Origin: Candidatus Moranbacteria bacterium UBA1362
GTDB taxonomy: Bacteria; Patescibacteriota; Minisyncoccia; Moranbacterales; GWC2-37-73
DNA length: 51,399 bases
Direction: 5' to 3'
Assembly (NCBI GenBank): GCA_002306085.1
Contig: DBRS01000008.1
Span: forward strand, 1-51,399
In this document: piece after piece, positions 34,126-43,690 of the stretch
How positions within the stretch are numbered: position 1 is the stretch's first letter
Layout of the letters: every line of letters starts with the position of its first letter
Made by a program: the position numbers and the translations under genes
The notes under the pieces: model-generated
What the model was told of the DNA's origin: nothing
Seen by the model: only the letters and a program-made list of their open reading frames with translations
Databases searched by the model: none

Positions 34126-34764
34126 CTATAATTCGCTTGCTATATCCTCAAAAACCTTGTCTATGTTTTGAGTGCCGTCCACTTCGATCAGCATGTTTTT
34201 CTTTCTGTAATATTCAATCACCGGAACGGTAACTTTTTGGAAAGTGTCCAGCCGCTTGATGATTCCGTCAGGCGTGTCGTCAATCCTTTGAGCTATCAAC
34301 CCCCCGCAATCAGGGCACGGATTATCAAGATCTTTTATGCTTTCTCCGAGCACAAATTGCTTGCGGCACATAATGCATGTGAAACGCTTACTGATGCGTT
34401 TAAGCGATTCTTCATGCGGCAATGTTATGGATATAGCTTTATGAATAGGTCTTGCAAGTTTTTCAAGCATTTTTTCAAGCGGTTCTATCTGTCCGGTTGT
34501 TCTCGGAGCGCTATCGATGATTATTCCGATTTTATCTGATATTTCTTTTAATCTTTCACTCAAAATTTTCATCGTAATGTCATCCGGGATCATCTCTTTC
34601 TTTTCGTTCATCTCGTATATAAACTGCCCCAATTCTGTTTTTTCTTTGGCAATTTCTCTGAATATCTGTCCGGTTTCTATATGAACAAGACCAAACTTTG
34701 CGCAAAGTTTTTTAGCTTGTGTCCCTTTCCCGCATCCCTGCGGACCAAATATCACTAAGTTCAT
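34126..34764 (-). CDS. adk: Adenylate kinase with a Cys4 zinc lid
   Basis: GPQGCGKGTQA, CxxC...CPDC lid, RIDD. Confidence 0.93.
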   Translation of the reverse strand: MNLVIFGPQGCGKGTQAKKLCAKFGLVHIETGQIFREIAKEKTELGQFIYEMNEKKEMIPDDITMKILSERLKEISDKIGIIIDSAPRTTGQIEPLEKMLEKLARPIHKAISITLPHEESLKRISKRFTCIMCRKQFVLGESIKDLDNPCPDCGGLIAQRIDDTPDGIIKRLDTFQKVTVPVIEYYRKKNMLIEVDGTQNIDKVFEDIASEL

Positions 34765-34855
34765 TATTTTAGCTTTTCAGGCTTTAGCTTCTTAGCTCTT
34801 TAGCTCTCTGGATTAATTTTTAAAGGCTAACACCTAAGAAACCAATAAACTTTTA
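34765..34855. repeat. Periodic TTAGCT/AGCTAA element, family B (secY-adk spacer)
   Basis: TTAGCT repeated at about 8-nt spacing, with a degenerate complementary arm. Confidence 0.7.
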
Positions 34856-36127
34856 TTAAAATCCCTCATAATCTCTCATGACAAGCTGGCTCTCGATTTG
34901 CTTGATTGTTTCGATAACAACAGAAACGACAATAAGAATGCCGGTGCCGCCGATCTGGAGAAATTGAATATGCGTAATGCCCTGGACGATAAAAGGAAGG
35001 ACTGCGACAGCTCCCAAAAAAATAGAACCTGAAAGTGTGATGCGGTTCATAATTTTGTAAAGGAAATCCGCCGTGTTTCTTCCCGGCCTTATTCCAGGGA
35101 CATAGCCTCCCTGTTTTTGGAGATTTTCGGAAATTTTTTCAGGATCAAACACCACCGCCGTATAGAAATATGTAAACGCTACCACTAACAGGAAATACAA
35201 CGTTCCATAAAACCACTGGTTTTGAAAAAGATTGTTTACTGCTGTTGCCGCTCCCGCGACGAATTCGTTATTAACGCGCATCAAAAAACTTGCAATCATT
35301 CCGGGAAAGAGCATGATGGACATGGCAAAGATGATTGGAATAACTCCCGCCTGATTGACGCGAAGCGGAAGATGCGTCGAACTGCCTCCGTAACTTCTGT
35401 CGCCACGAATCCTTTTCGCATATGACACGGGAATATTCCTCTGGCCTTCTGAAACTATTACGACTCCCGCAATCGTAACGAGCGTGATTGCAAGAATGGC
35501 GGCATATGTGAAAAACTGCGTCGAATCGAAAGTAACATAAATGTTTGACAAAGCACTTGGAAGCCCGCTCACGATTCCGGCAAATATGATAAGCGAAACT
35601 CCGTTTCCAATGCCTTTTTCCGTAATAAGTTCTCCGAGCCACATCAGAAAAATAGTGCCGGCCGTAGCTACAACCACTATCACAAAAATATCGACTGCTG
35701 AAGAAACCATGAGCACCCCCTGCGATCTCAGAAGAGCGACCATGCTAAAAGTCTGAAGCGTCGCCAGTGGAACAGTGAGCCACCTCGTCCACATGTTAAA
35801 TTTTTGCCTGCCTGCCTCTCCTTCCTCTTTATACATCTGCTCGATTCTGGGAACAATCATTGTCATGAGCTGCATAATGATCGACGCGGTGATGTACGGA
35901 CCCACGCCAAGCATCACTATGGAAATGTTCGAAAGTCCTCCTCCGGAAAAAACATTGAGCATTCCGAGCAATTGATTTCCTTCAAAAAGCCTGCGCAGCT
36001 GCTCGACATTGACTCCCGGAAGCGGAATGTTGGCCGCAACGCGAAAAACAACAAGAATCCCCAAAATAAAAAGGATTTTGTTTCTAAGCTCGCGCACTTT
36101 GAAAATTTGGGTGATTTTTTCCAGCAT
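34856..36127 (-). CDS. secY: Preprotein translocase SecY
   Basis: LGVGPYITASII, GIGNGVSL, GVIPIIFA, GIRPG and GGTGILI. Confidence 0.98.
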   Translation of the reverse strand: MLEKITQIFKVRELRNKILFILGILVVFRVAANIPLPGVNVEQLRRLFEGNQLLGMLNVFSGGGLSNISIVMLGVGPYITASIIMQLMTMIVPRIEQMYKEEGEAGRQKFNMWTRWLTVPLATLQTFSMVALLRSQGVLMVSSAVDIFVIVVVATAGTIFLMWLGELITEKGIGNGVSLIIFAGIVSGLPSALSNIYVTFDSTQFFTYAAILAITLVTIAGVVIVSEGQRNIPVSYAKRIRGDRSYGGSSTHLPLRVNQAGVIPIIFAMSIMLFPGMIASFLMRVNNEFVAGAATAVNNLFQNQWFYGTLYFLLVVAFTYFYTAVVFDPEKISENLQKQGGYVPGIRPGRNTADFLYKIMNRITLSGSIFLGAVAVLPFIVQGITHIQFLQIGGTGILIVVSVVIETIKQIESQLVMRDYEGF

Positions 36128-36226
36128 GTGTTAGCTTTATTAGGCACTAGCTTTTTAGCTTCTCAACTTCTTGATTGGAAAAAGAAAAGCATTTCCCAAA
36201 AAGCTAAGAAGCTGAAGCCTAAAAAG
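36128..36226. repeat. Periodic TTAGCT/AGCTAA imperfect palindrome, family B (rplO-secY spacer)
   Basis: Left arm TTAGCT...CTAGCT...TTAGCT; right arm AGCTAA...AGCTGA...AAGCTA. Confidence 0.7.
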
Positions 36227-36661
36227 CTATTTGACTGTTCCTCCCGACTTAATAATAGCATTTTTAGCCGTTTCGGAAAGGAAAATGCCTTTTTCAATCG
36301 AAAGTTTTTTTGTGAGCTTTCCCGTACCAAGAATCTTTATGGCGTTTTTTGCAACGTTATTTCTGATTACTTTCGCCTCCAACAAGGTCTTTTTTGAAAT
36401 TTCATCTCCGTTCTTAAATCTCTTTTCCAGGTCGCTCAGATTGATTGCAAAGTTTTTTGGTTTGCGAGATTTGAATCCCCTGATTTTTTTGAGTCTCATG
36501 ACAAGGGTCGATCTTCCTCCTTCAAACAAAGGATCTATCGATCCACCCGATCTCGCCTTCTGTCCCTTATTTCCCCTGCCTGAATATGTACCTCTCTTGC
36601 CTCCTCGCCCGACAGTCTTTCTCCTTTTGCGTTTTATTGTGTTGAGTTCGTGAATCTGCAT
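36227..36661 (-). CDS. rplO: 50S ribosomal protein uL15
   Basis: GRG...GRGNKGQKARSG and FEGG. Confidence 0.97.
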   Translation of the reverse strand: MQIHELNTIKRKRRKTVGRGGKRGTYSGRGNKGQKARSGGSIDPLFEGGRSTLVMRLKKIRGFKSRKPKNFAINLSDLEKRFKNGDEISKKTLLEAKVIRNNVAKNAIKILGTGKLTKKLSIEKGIFLSETAKNAIIKSGGTVK

Positions 36662-36727
36662 AATTTTAATTCTAACTGTTCTAATTGTTCTATGTTCTAA
36701 TGATTTTTATCTAAACAATTTAGATAT

Positions 36728-37216
36728 CTATTTCTCGTTTTTAACACGCGGTGCTTTCAAGCTCTTCAGCGCTTCAATCGTGGCCCTTGCCACGTTCAAT
36801 TTGTTTGAATTCCCGATGGATTTTGAAACTATGTCTCTAACTCCTGCCAGATCTACAACAGCTCTTACAGCTCCTCCGGCAATAACGCCGCGCCCTTCAG
36901 AAGCTGGCTTGAGAAGTATTTTCGCGCTTCCCAATTTCATCTCCACATCATGAGAAATCGTATTGCCGGAAAGTTTCACATTGATCATGGATTTTTTCGC
37001 ATCATTATAAGCCTTCCGAATGGCATCAGAGACGTCAGCTCCTTTTGCCACACCGACCCCGACCTTGCCTTTCCTGTCGCCAATTACAAGAGTCGCGCGA
37101 AACCTGAACCTGCGCCCTCCTTTGACAACACGAGTCACGCGTGCCAAGTCCAAAAGTTTCTGTTCAAACTCCGGCTTTTCGCGCCTCATATTCTTTTTTC
37201 CTAGTTTCTTATTCAT
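36728..37216 (-). CDS. rpsE: 30S ribosomal protein uS5
   Basis: RVTRVVKGGRRFRF and GVIAGG. Confidence 0.98.
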   Translation of the reverse strand: MNKKLGKKNMRREKPEFEQKLLDLARVTRVVKGGRRFRFRATLVIGDRKGKVGVGVAKGADVSDAIRKAYNDAKKSMINVKLSGNTISHDVEMKLGSAKILLKPASEGRGVIAGGAVRAVVDLAGVRDIVSKSIGNSNKLNVARATIEALKSLKAPRVKNEK

Positions 37217-37319
37217 ATGTGTATATAATCTCTAATCTACACTAATTTTATCACTAATTATCTCTAATGCATTTATTCGCAATTTCGCACAGAATTCGAA
37301 AGATTCGCGATTTTTATCC
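37217..37319. repeat. Family A spacer element, copy 1 (rplR-rpsE)
   Basis: TCTCTAATCTACACTAATTTTATCACTAATTATCTCTAAT arm plus an ATTCG-periodic arm. Confidence 0.85.
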
Positions 37320-37670
37320 TCAGAATCCCAACCCTTCTTCTCTGGCTCCTTCCGCCAAAGCCTTGATTTTTCCATGATATTTATAGCCGGCCCTGTCGAA
37401 TACAACGGATTTTATCTTCTTTTCTTTACATTTTTTTCCGATAAGCTTCCCTACTTCTTTTGCCCCCTCAACATTATCCGACACTTTTTTAATCCCAAGG
37501 GTACTGACACTTACAAGAGTCTTTCCGGACGTATCATTAATAACTTGCGCATATATGCCACGCAAACTTTTAAATACCGAAAGACGAGGCCTTTCTTTTG
37601 TGCCTGAAATCTTCGCACGTATCCTGCGCTTCCTATGCAATCTTAATTTGTTGTTACTTGTCTTTTTCAT
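37320..37670 (-). CDS. rplR: 50S ribosomal protein uL18
   Basis: [19 protein letters not shown] and AREEGL. Confidence 0.98.
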   Translation of the reverse strand: MKKTSNNKLRLHRKRRIRAKISGTKERPRLSVFKSLRGIYAQVINDTSGKTLVSVSTLGIKKVSDNVEGAKEVGKLIGKKCKEKKIKSVVFDRAGYKYHGKIKALAEGAREEGLGF

Positions 37671-37754
37671 AATTTTACCGATGCGAAACTATAAATTAAA
37701 CGCGGTTCTACGAAACTTTTTGAATGTGCGCTTTCGTAGAAGCGCTTTCAGATA

Positions 37755-38291
37755 CTATTTAGCCGATTTCTTTCCTTCTTTTCTTCTCACATGTTCACCC
37801 GAGTATTTAAAGCCCTTTCCTTTGTAAGGCTCAACCGGCTTCGATGCTCTTATATCTGCGGCAAATTGCCCAACCTTACTTTTATCTATACCGGATACGG
37901 TCATCACATTACCTTCGATCGCAACAGTGATTCCTTCAGGAATATCGACAGCAACAGGATGCGAAAATCCGAGAGCCAAATTAATTTTCTTACCAGCAAG
38001 AGACATGCGAAAACCGACTCCGTTGAGCTCAAGCTGCTTCTTAAAACCATTGGTAACCCCTTCAATCATTCCCTCTATGATTCTAGCGGTAGTACCCCAT
38101 ATAGCAGGCACTTTCTTGCCTTTGCCTTTCTTTTCAACGATGACATCTGCTTCGGAAATTTTAACCGACACATTTCTGTCATATTTAAAATTGAGAGTTC
38201 CTTTTGGGCCCTTCACAACAACAACATTCTTATCAACCGTAATGCTGACTCCCTGCGGTATACTGATTGGTTTTTTTCCTATTCTTGACAT
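37755..38291 (-). CDS. rplF: 50S ribosomal protein uL6
   Basis: MSRIGKKPI and EPYKGKG. Confidence 0.98.
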   Translation of the reverse strand: MSRIGKKPISIPQGVSITVDKNVVVVKGPKGTLNFKYDRNVSVKISEADVIVEKKGKGKKVPAIWGTTARIIEGMIEGVTNGFKKQLELNGVGFRMSLAGKKINLALGFSHPVAVDIPEGITVAIEGNVMTVSGIDKSKVGQFAADIRASKPVEPYKGKGFKYSGEHVRRKEGKKSAK

Positions 38292-38385
38292 ATATTTTTC
38301 TCTAATCTACGCTAATTTTATTATCTTCACCACGTTTATTTGCGATTATTCGAACTAAATTCATGTTGATTCATGACTTCTATTC
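38292..38385. repeat. Family A spacer element, copy 2 (rpsH-rplF)
   Basis: Same arms; 33-nt identity with copy 7 including the start-codon region. Confidence 0.85.
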
Positions 38386-38790
38386 TTACCAAACCTCGCA
38401 AATCACTTCTCCTCCAAATCCGGATTTTTTTGCTTCGTCTCCAGTCATTATCCCCTTGGATGTCGAGATTATCGAGATTCCGTATCCGTTCTTGACTCTT
38501 TTTATCCCGCTCTTTCTTACATAAATGCGTTGTCCCTGATGGCTGACTCTCCTGATTTCGCGTATAGCCGGATTTTTTTCAGTGTTTGAAACCGTCTCAT
38601 ACTTTAGAGCTATCTTAATGATTTGCTTGCCGTCATTTTCTTCCTGTTTGACCGAATCTATGAAATTTCTTTGCTCTAAGATCTTAGCAATGGACATTTT
38701 CAGCTTCGAAAAAGGCACGGCAACTTCATTGTGCCTTGCTCTTTGCGCATTCCGTATTCTTGTGAGCATGTCTGATATTGGATCTAGCAT
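38386..38790 (-). CDS. rpsH: 30S ribosomal protein uS8
   Basis: DPISDMLTRIRNA and STSKG; start placed at ATG 38790. Confidence 0.98.
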   Translation of the reverse strand: MLDPISDMLTRIRNAQRARHNEVAVPFSKLKMSIAKILEQRNFIDSVKQEENDGKQIIKIALKYETVSNTEKNPAIREIRRVSHQGQRIYVRKSGIKRVKNGYGISIISTSKGIMTGDEAKKSGFGGEVICEVW

Positions 38791-38910
38791 ATTCTTATAA
38801 TTCAAAATTTAAATCTCAATGTAAAATTTTCATGTCGCTTCGCAACAACATCAAACATTCATGAGCGAAGCAAATACTGAAATATAATTTTTAATTTTTG
38901 GGTTTATTTA

Positions 38911-39096
38911 TTACCAGCTGCTTTTTTTGACTCCGGGAAGCTCTCCTTTGCTTGCCAGTTCCCTGAAACATATTCTGCAGATATCAAAAGCGCGAAGATA
39001 TCCATGCTTACGCCCGCACCTCCAGCATCTGCGGACAATGCGGGTTGAAAATTTGGGTTTCTTCTTGGCTCTAGCTGCTGTTGATGTCTTCGCCAT
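38911..39096 (-). CDS. rpsZ: 30S ribosomal protein uS14, zinc-binding type Z
   Basis: RCxxCGR...CRICFRE and LPGVKKSSW. Confidence 0.97.
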   Translation of the reverse strand: MAKTSTAARAKKKPKFSTRIVRRCWRCGRKHGYLRAFDICRICFRELASKGELPGVKKSSW

Positions 39097-39189
39097 AATA
39101 TAATTAATTCTCTCCTACAAATGATTCAGTTATATTTATTGATTAGAATGTCATTCGTAGGTCGGTGTTATTTACAATTTTATTATTTT

Positions 39190-39744
39190 TCATTCTTTAT
39201 CGGACTTCATCGGAAATCCCAGCAATTTGAACAGTTCCAATCCTTCTTCATGTGAATTCGCATTTGTTGAAATCGTAACCTGCAAACCGAAAATGTTCCT
39301 AACCTTTTCGGGAGAAATCTCCGGAAAAATTATATGCTCTCTTATGCCTATATTCAGATTTCCCTTGCTGTCAACGGCTTTCTCGCTAATCCCCTGGAAA
39401 TCCCTGGTCCTGGGAAGAGTCGCGTTGATGAGCCTGTCAATAAATTGCCACATGCGAGCTCCTCTCATAGTAACCTTCACTCCTATCTCCATATTTTCTC
39501 TCACTTTAAATCCGGAAATTGCTTTTTTCGCTTTTGTCCTGACTGGTTTTTGGCCAGTAATAGCAGCCACAGAACTTGCCACTTCTTCGACTTTTTCACC
39601 TTCTTTTGCAAACTTTCCTATTCCAACATTAACAACAACCTTACCGATACGAGGTACTGCCATCGGACCCTTGTAACCAAATTTCTTTCTCATTTCTTCA
39701 ACAACGATCTTCGAATATTTTTCTTTTGCTGGAGTAATGTTCAT
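39190..39744 (-). CDS. rplE: 50S ribosomal protein uL5
   Basis: ITGQKP, AKKAISGFKVRE and PRTRDFQG. Confidence 0.98.
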   Translation of the reverse strand: MNITPAKEKYSKIVVEEMRKKFGYKGPMAVPRIGKVVVNVGIGKFAKEGEKVEEVASSVAAITGQKPVRTKAKKAISGFKVRENMEIGVKVTMRGARMWQFIDRLINATLPRTRDFQGISEKAVDSKGNLNIGIREHIIFPEISPEKVRNIFGLQVTISTNANSHEEGLELFKLLGFPMKSDKE

Positions 39745-39909
39745 GTCTTTCTTTGTGAGCTACGAGTCCGTACGAATGTACAAATTCATCGCCCATATCC
39801 AATTGTCCTATTAAAACTTCTTGTTATTCGTTAATTATATTAATCTCACATTGGTATATTCGCATTGATTCGCCTGCTCGCTCGGTAGGCAGATAATTCA
39901 CAGAAACTG

Positions 39910-40215
39910 TCAAAATTCTTTTTTACATTTTTTACAAATGCGGGTTTTCTTATTCTCAGTTGAGATATATCCTATCCTTGTAGCCTTGCCGCAAGAGGGA
40001 CAGATAACCATAACATTTGAAGCATCAAATGGAGCAAAAATTTCAACGCGCTGTCCACGCTCTCCCTGCCTGCGCGGCTTCGAATGTTTCTGAACAATGT
40101 TCATTTTTTCCACGACAATCTTGCCTTCCCTGGGAAGAACTCTTATTACTTTTCCTTCTTTCCCCCTATCCTTCCCCGCAATCTTTTTTATTGTATCTCC
40201 TTTCTTGATGCGCAT
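39910..40215 (-). CDS. rplX: 50S ribosomal protein uL24
   Basis: IKKGD-x-V/I-x2-IAGKDRGK and SNVM. Confidence 0.98.
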   Translation of the reverse strand: MRIKKGDTIKKIAGKDRGKEGKVIRVLPREGKIVVEKMNIVQKHSKPRRQGERGQRVEIFAPFDASNVMVICPSCGKATRIGYISTENKKTRICKKCKKEF

Positions 40216-40318
40216 AATTTTCTCTATATATAATCAACACTAATTTATCACTAATTATCTTTAATGTTTTATTCGCGATTATTCGGAATAAATCCGAGTA
40301 AATTCACAAACCATTGTC
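40216..40318. repeat. Family A spacer element, copy 3 (rplN-rplX)
   Basis: CACTAATTTATCACTAATTATC arm plus TTATTCGCGATTATTCG arm. Confidence 0.85.
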
Positions 40319-40684
40319 CTATAACACTTCCGGCGCCAATGATACTATTTTTGTGTAGCCTCTTTCTCTGAGCTCTCTTGCCACCGGTCCGAAAATTCTT
40401 GTTCCCTTCAGCTCTGTTCCATCCAGAATCACCGCCGCATTTTCATCGAATTTTATGTACGATCCGTCTTTTCTGCGAAGCGGTTTGCTCTGCCTCACTA
40501 TCACGGCCCTGACTTTATCGCCTTTTTTAACACTGCCACGCGGTTCTGAAGATTTAACACTGCATACAATAACATCTCCTATGTATGCATAGCGCCTTTT
40601 GCTTCCTCCAAGAACCTTGAAACACTCGAGAATTTTTGCTCCCGTATTGTCAGCTGCCTTCAATCTTGTTTCTGCCTGAATCAT
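40319..40684 (-). CDS. rplN: 50S ribosomal protein uL14
   Basis: [22 protein letters not shown] and SLAPEVL. Confidence 0.98.
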   Translation of the reverse strand: MIQAETRLKAADNTGAKILECFKVLGGSKRRYAYIGDVIVCSVKSSEPRGSVKKGDKVRAVIVRQSKPLRRKDGSYIKFDENAAVILDGTELKGTRIFGPVARELRERGYTKIVSLAPEVL

Positions 40685-40778
40685 ATAGTTATTAACCTCT
40701 AATTTACACTAATTTTATCACTAATCATCTCCAATGTTTATTCGAAATTATTCGAAATAAATCCAATGGATTCGCGAG
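40685..40778. repeat. Family A spacer element, copy 4 (rpsQ-rplN)
   Basis: Same arms; shares AATGGATTCGCGAGTTAT (18 nt) with copy 5. Confidence 0.85.
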
Positions 40779-41009
40779 TTATAAAATCTTATGCCTCTTG
40801 TCCTTACTAATAGGTTTGCACTCGATGAATTCAACAACATCGCCTTTTTTGAATTTGTTCTCTTCGTCATGTACCTTGTATTTCTTGGTTGACTTATACT
40901 TCTTAAGGTATTTCTGATGAGTCTTCAATGATTGCGTGATAACTACGAGTGTTTTATTCCCGGCATCGCTTACAACTATTCCTTTTTTCTTGGCTATTTT
41001 CTTTGCCAT
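40779..41009 (-). CDS. rpsQ: 30S ribosomal protein uS17
   Basis: GxVVSD...KT, HDE and PISKxK. Confidence 0.96.
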   Translation of the reverse strand: MAKKIAKKKGIVVSDAGNKTLVVITQSLKTHQKYLKKYKSTKKYKVHDEENKFKKGDVVEFIECKPISKDKRHKIL

Positions 41010-41066
41010 AATGTCTTTGGACGAAGCGAGAAGCTTTTTGCAAACATCTCGCGCCGATCCGCTGAA

Positions 41067-41258
41067 TTATTTTACTTCTTTCTCTTTTAAAATCGTCAAT
41101 GCTTGCGCAATTTCTTTTCTAGTCTTCCTGTACTCCCTGTGATTCTTGATTTGCTTGGCTGAAATATCAAACCTGAGTTTCACGGACTGTGTCCGTTTTT
41201 CGCTGATGAACTTTTTCAGCTGTTCTATATTCATTTCTCTTATTTCTGATGCTTTCAT
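41067..41258 (-). CDS. rpmC: 50S ribosomal protein uL29
   Basis: MKASEIR...LRF...RKxIA-x2-LT, and its operon position. Confidence 0.92.
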   Translation of the reverse strand: MKASEIREMNIEQLKKFISEKRTQSVKLRFDISAKQIKNHREYRKTRKEIAQALTILKEKEVK

Positions 41259-41356
41259 ATTCTCTAATTTACGCTAATTTTATCACTAATCATCTCTAAT
41301 ATATTTGCAATTATTTTAGACAGGATTCGAATGGATTCGCGAGTTATTATCTGTCC
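41259..41356. repeat. Family A spacer element, copy 5 (rplP-rpmC)
   Basis: TCTCTAATTTACGCTAATTTTATCACTAATCATCTCTAAT arm plus GGATTCG arm. Confidence 0.85.
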
Positions 41357-41770
41357 TTACTTTTCCTTAACAACAATTTTTGTCTTAACACACAATTTAT
41401 GCGAAGCAAGTCTCAATGCTTCTCTGGCAACCGTTTCTGAAACTCCATCCATCTCAAACAACATTTTCCCCTGCTTTGTTTTGGCGACAAAATGGTCCAC
41501 ACTTCCTTTTCCTTTACCCATCGGAGTTTCGTCTCCCTTTTTTGTCATAGGCTTGTCGGGAAATATTCTTATCCAAATTTTTCCGCCTCTTTTAATATAC
41601 CTTGTCATAGCCCTTCTAGCAGCCTCAATCTGTCTTGCTGAAATAAGACCGGACGTTGTTGCCTGCAAGCCAAAACTGCCGAAACTTACAGCGTTTCCTT
41701 TCGTTGCAATCCCGCGGATTTCACCGCCTCGATGGATCTTTCTATGCTTTACTTTCTTTGGCATCAACAT
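41357..41770 (-). CDS. rplP: 50S ribosomal protein uL16
   Basis: [18 protein letters not shown] and MGKGKG. Confidence 0.98.
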   Translation of the reverse strand: MLMPKKVKHRKIHRGGEIRGIATKGNAVSFGSFGLQATTSGLISARQIEAARRAMTRYIKRGGKIWIRIFPDKPMTKKGDETPMGKGKGSVDHFVAKTKQGKMLFEMDGVSETVAREALRLASHKLCVKTKIVVKEK

Positions 41771-41815
41771 ATATGTATATAATCTCTAACTATACTAATT
41801 TTATCACTAATTATT
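41771..41815. repeat. Family A spacer element, copy 6 (half element, rpsC-rplP)
   Basis: Only the start-proximal arm TCTCTAACTATACTAATTTTATCACTAATTAT is present. Confidence 0.75.
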
Positions 41816-42469
41816 TTAATTATTTTTATTCTCAAATATTTCCCCCTTATACAACCAGACTTTTACCCCTATCGCTCCGTATGTCGTAAATGCGGTGGCT
41901 CTCGCAAAATCAATGTCCGCGCGCAAAGTGTGAAGCGGAACAGTTCCCCTGGACAGCCACTCCCTTCTTGACATTTCTGCGCCTCCTAATCTTCCGGAAA
42001 CTTCAATTTTCACTCCTTTGATGCTCCTGTTTTTTTCAACCTGGTCGAGCATTGATTTAAGAACCCTCCTGAACGGAACCCGTTTTTCAAGCTGTTCCGC
42101 CACATTCTGAGCAACAAGAGAAGCGTTTTCCTCAAATTGCCTGACTTCCTGGGCCTCAATCTTAACATCAACCTTTTTTCCTTTGAAAAATTTCTCTTTT
42201 ATTGTCTGACCCATATCAGTTATGCCTGTTCCTCCTCTTCCAATCAGAACCCCGGGACGCGATGTTTTTATAATAAGCCTCAACACATTCGCGTTCCTTT
42301 CTATTTCAACATCGGCAATTGCAGCAGCTTTCCACTTTTTCATCACAAAATCGCGAATTTGCACGTCTTCCTTGAGTCTCTTCCTATAATCCCGTTCTGA
42401 AAACCACCTTGATTTCCAAGTTGTTGTTATACCTATTCTTAATCCTGCTGGATTTACTTTATGTCCCAT
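41816..42469 (-). CDS. rpsC: 30S ribosomal protein uS3
   Basis: MGHKVNP, RPGVLIG, GRLGGAE, PLHTLRADID and GVKVW. Confidence 0.98.
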   Translation of the reverse strand: MGHKVNPAGLRIGITTTWKSRWFSERDYRKRLKEDVQIRDFVMKKWKAAAIADVEIERNANVLRLIIKTSRPGVLIGRGGTGITDMGQTIKEKFFKGKKVDVKIEAQEVRQFEENASLVAQNVAEQLEKRVPFRRVLKSMLDQVEKNRSIKGVKIEVSGRLGGAEMSRREWLSRGTVPLHTLRADIDFARATAFTTYGAIGVKVWLYKGEIFENKNN

Positions 42470-42564
42470 GTTTGCTATCGCAGAATTACACAGAAATTTA
42501 CGTAATGACAGATAAAAACTCTGTACACCTGTCTATTCTGTTTTATTCCGCGTTAATTCTGTTA

Positions 42565-43131
42565 TTATACAGATTTTCTTTGAAAAACTTTTTTCAAAAA
42601 CCCACTTTCCTGCTTCCGACTTCCTCCCATGTCCTTTTTTACGATATCAGGCTTTTGGGAAGACTTATCATTGCTTTCTGCGATTATTTCTTCCTTTTCT
42701 GCTCGTGCCGCTTCTTCTTTTTCCATTTTTGCCCTTTCAGCTTCACGTTGCTTTCTCTCTTTTTCCATCTGCTCTTTAGTTTTCCTGTTTTTTCCTTCAA
42801 TCCTCTCTTCGAGTTCCATCACAATATGCGTTGTGCGTTTCAAAATCAAAGTTGCTCTTCCCTGCGCCCTCGGAAGCCATCTCTTCAGCCTTGGTCCTTC
42901 CCCCACAAGTATACTGCTGACATACATATTGTTTCTGTCCAAACCAAAATTATTTTCAGCATTCGCCAATGTGCTTTGAAGAAGCTTCTCAACCGGCGTT
43001 CCTGATCTTTTTATCAAATGCCTGAGATGAACAAGCGCCTCTTCAGCATCCATTCCCACAATACTGTCCGTAACCAAACGCACTTTCCTTGGGGCTATTC
43101 TTAAATTTTTCAGCGTAGCTGTGATTTTCAT
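42565..43131 (-). CDS. rplV: 50S ribosomal protein uL22 with a long charged C-terminal extension
   Basis: RIAPRKVRLV, ANAENN and PRAQGRA, plus about 70 extra residues. Confidence 0.96.
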   Translation of the reverse strand: MKITATLKNLRIAPRKVRLVTDSIVGMDAEEALVHLRHLIKRSGTPVEKLLQSTLANAENNFGLDRNNMYVSSILVGEGPRLKRWLPRAQGRATLILKRTTHIVMELEERIEGKNRKTKEQMEKERKQREAERAKMEKEEAARAEKEEIIAESNDKSSQKPDIVKKDMGGSRKQESGFLKKVFQRKSV

Positions 43132-43244
43132 ACAATATAATCCGATTCTATTAATTAATCCTGTCTACAAATACTTTTTTTAATTTTTCCGTTAATTACT
43201 TGCCTGTGATAAAGCGGAGACGCATTCGTAGATTTGAATCATTT

Positions 43245-43589
43245 TTATTTTTTGCCTTCCGACTTCGTCTCTTCTTTCGCAGCCTTGGCAACCTCCAGTT
43301 CTTTCTGTTTTGCAGCCAACTCCATTTCCTTCTGCATCTTTCCACCGTGTCTGGTGAATTTTCGCGTCGGAGAAAATTCTCCCAACCTGTGTCCCACCAT
43401 TTCTTCAGTCACATAGACTGAAACAAATTCTCTTCCGTTGTGAACTCCAAAAGTAAAACCTATCATTTCCGGAGAGATTGTGCAAGCTCTCGACCACGTT
43501 TTAATAACCCCTGATCCTGGCTTTGCATTCAGAACTTTCTTGAGAACTCTCTCGTCTACATATGGTCCTTTTTTTAGACTTCTTGACAT
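43245..43589 (-). CDS. rpsS: 30S ribosomal protein uS19
   Basis: [13 protein letters not shown] and MVGHRLGEF. Confidence 0.98.
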   Translation of the reverse strand: MSRSLKKGPYVDERVLKKVLNAKPGSGVIKTWSRACTISPEMIGFTFGVHNGREFVSVYVTEEMVGHRLGEFSPTRKFTRHGGKMQKEMELAAKQKELEVAKAAKEETKSEGKK

Positions 43590-43690
43590 ATATTTTTCTC
43601 TAATCTACGCTAGTTTATCATTAATTATCTTCAATTCTTTTTATTCGTGATTATTCAAGACATAATTTGCGTTAATTTGTGATTTCTCTC
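43590..43690. repeat. Family A spacer element, copy 7 (rplB-rpsS)
   Basis: Same arms as copies 1-5. Confidence 0.85.
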
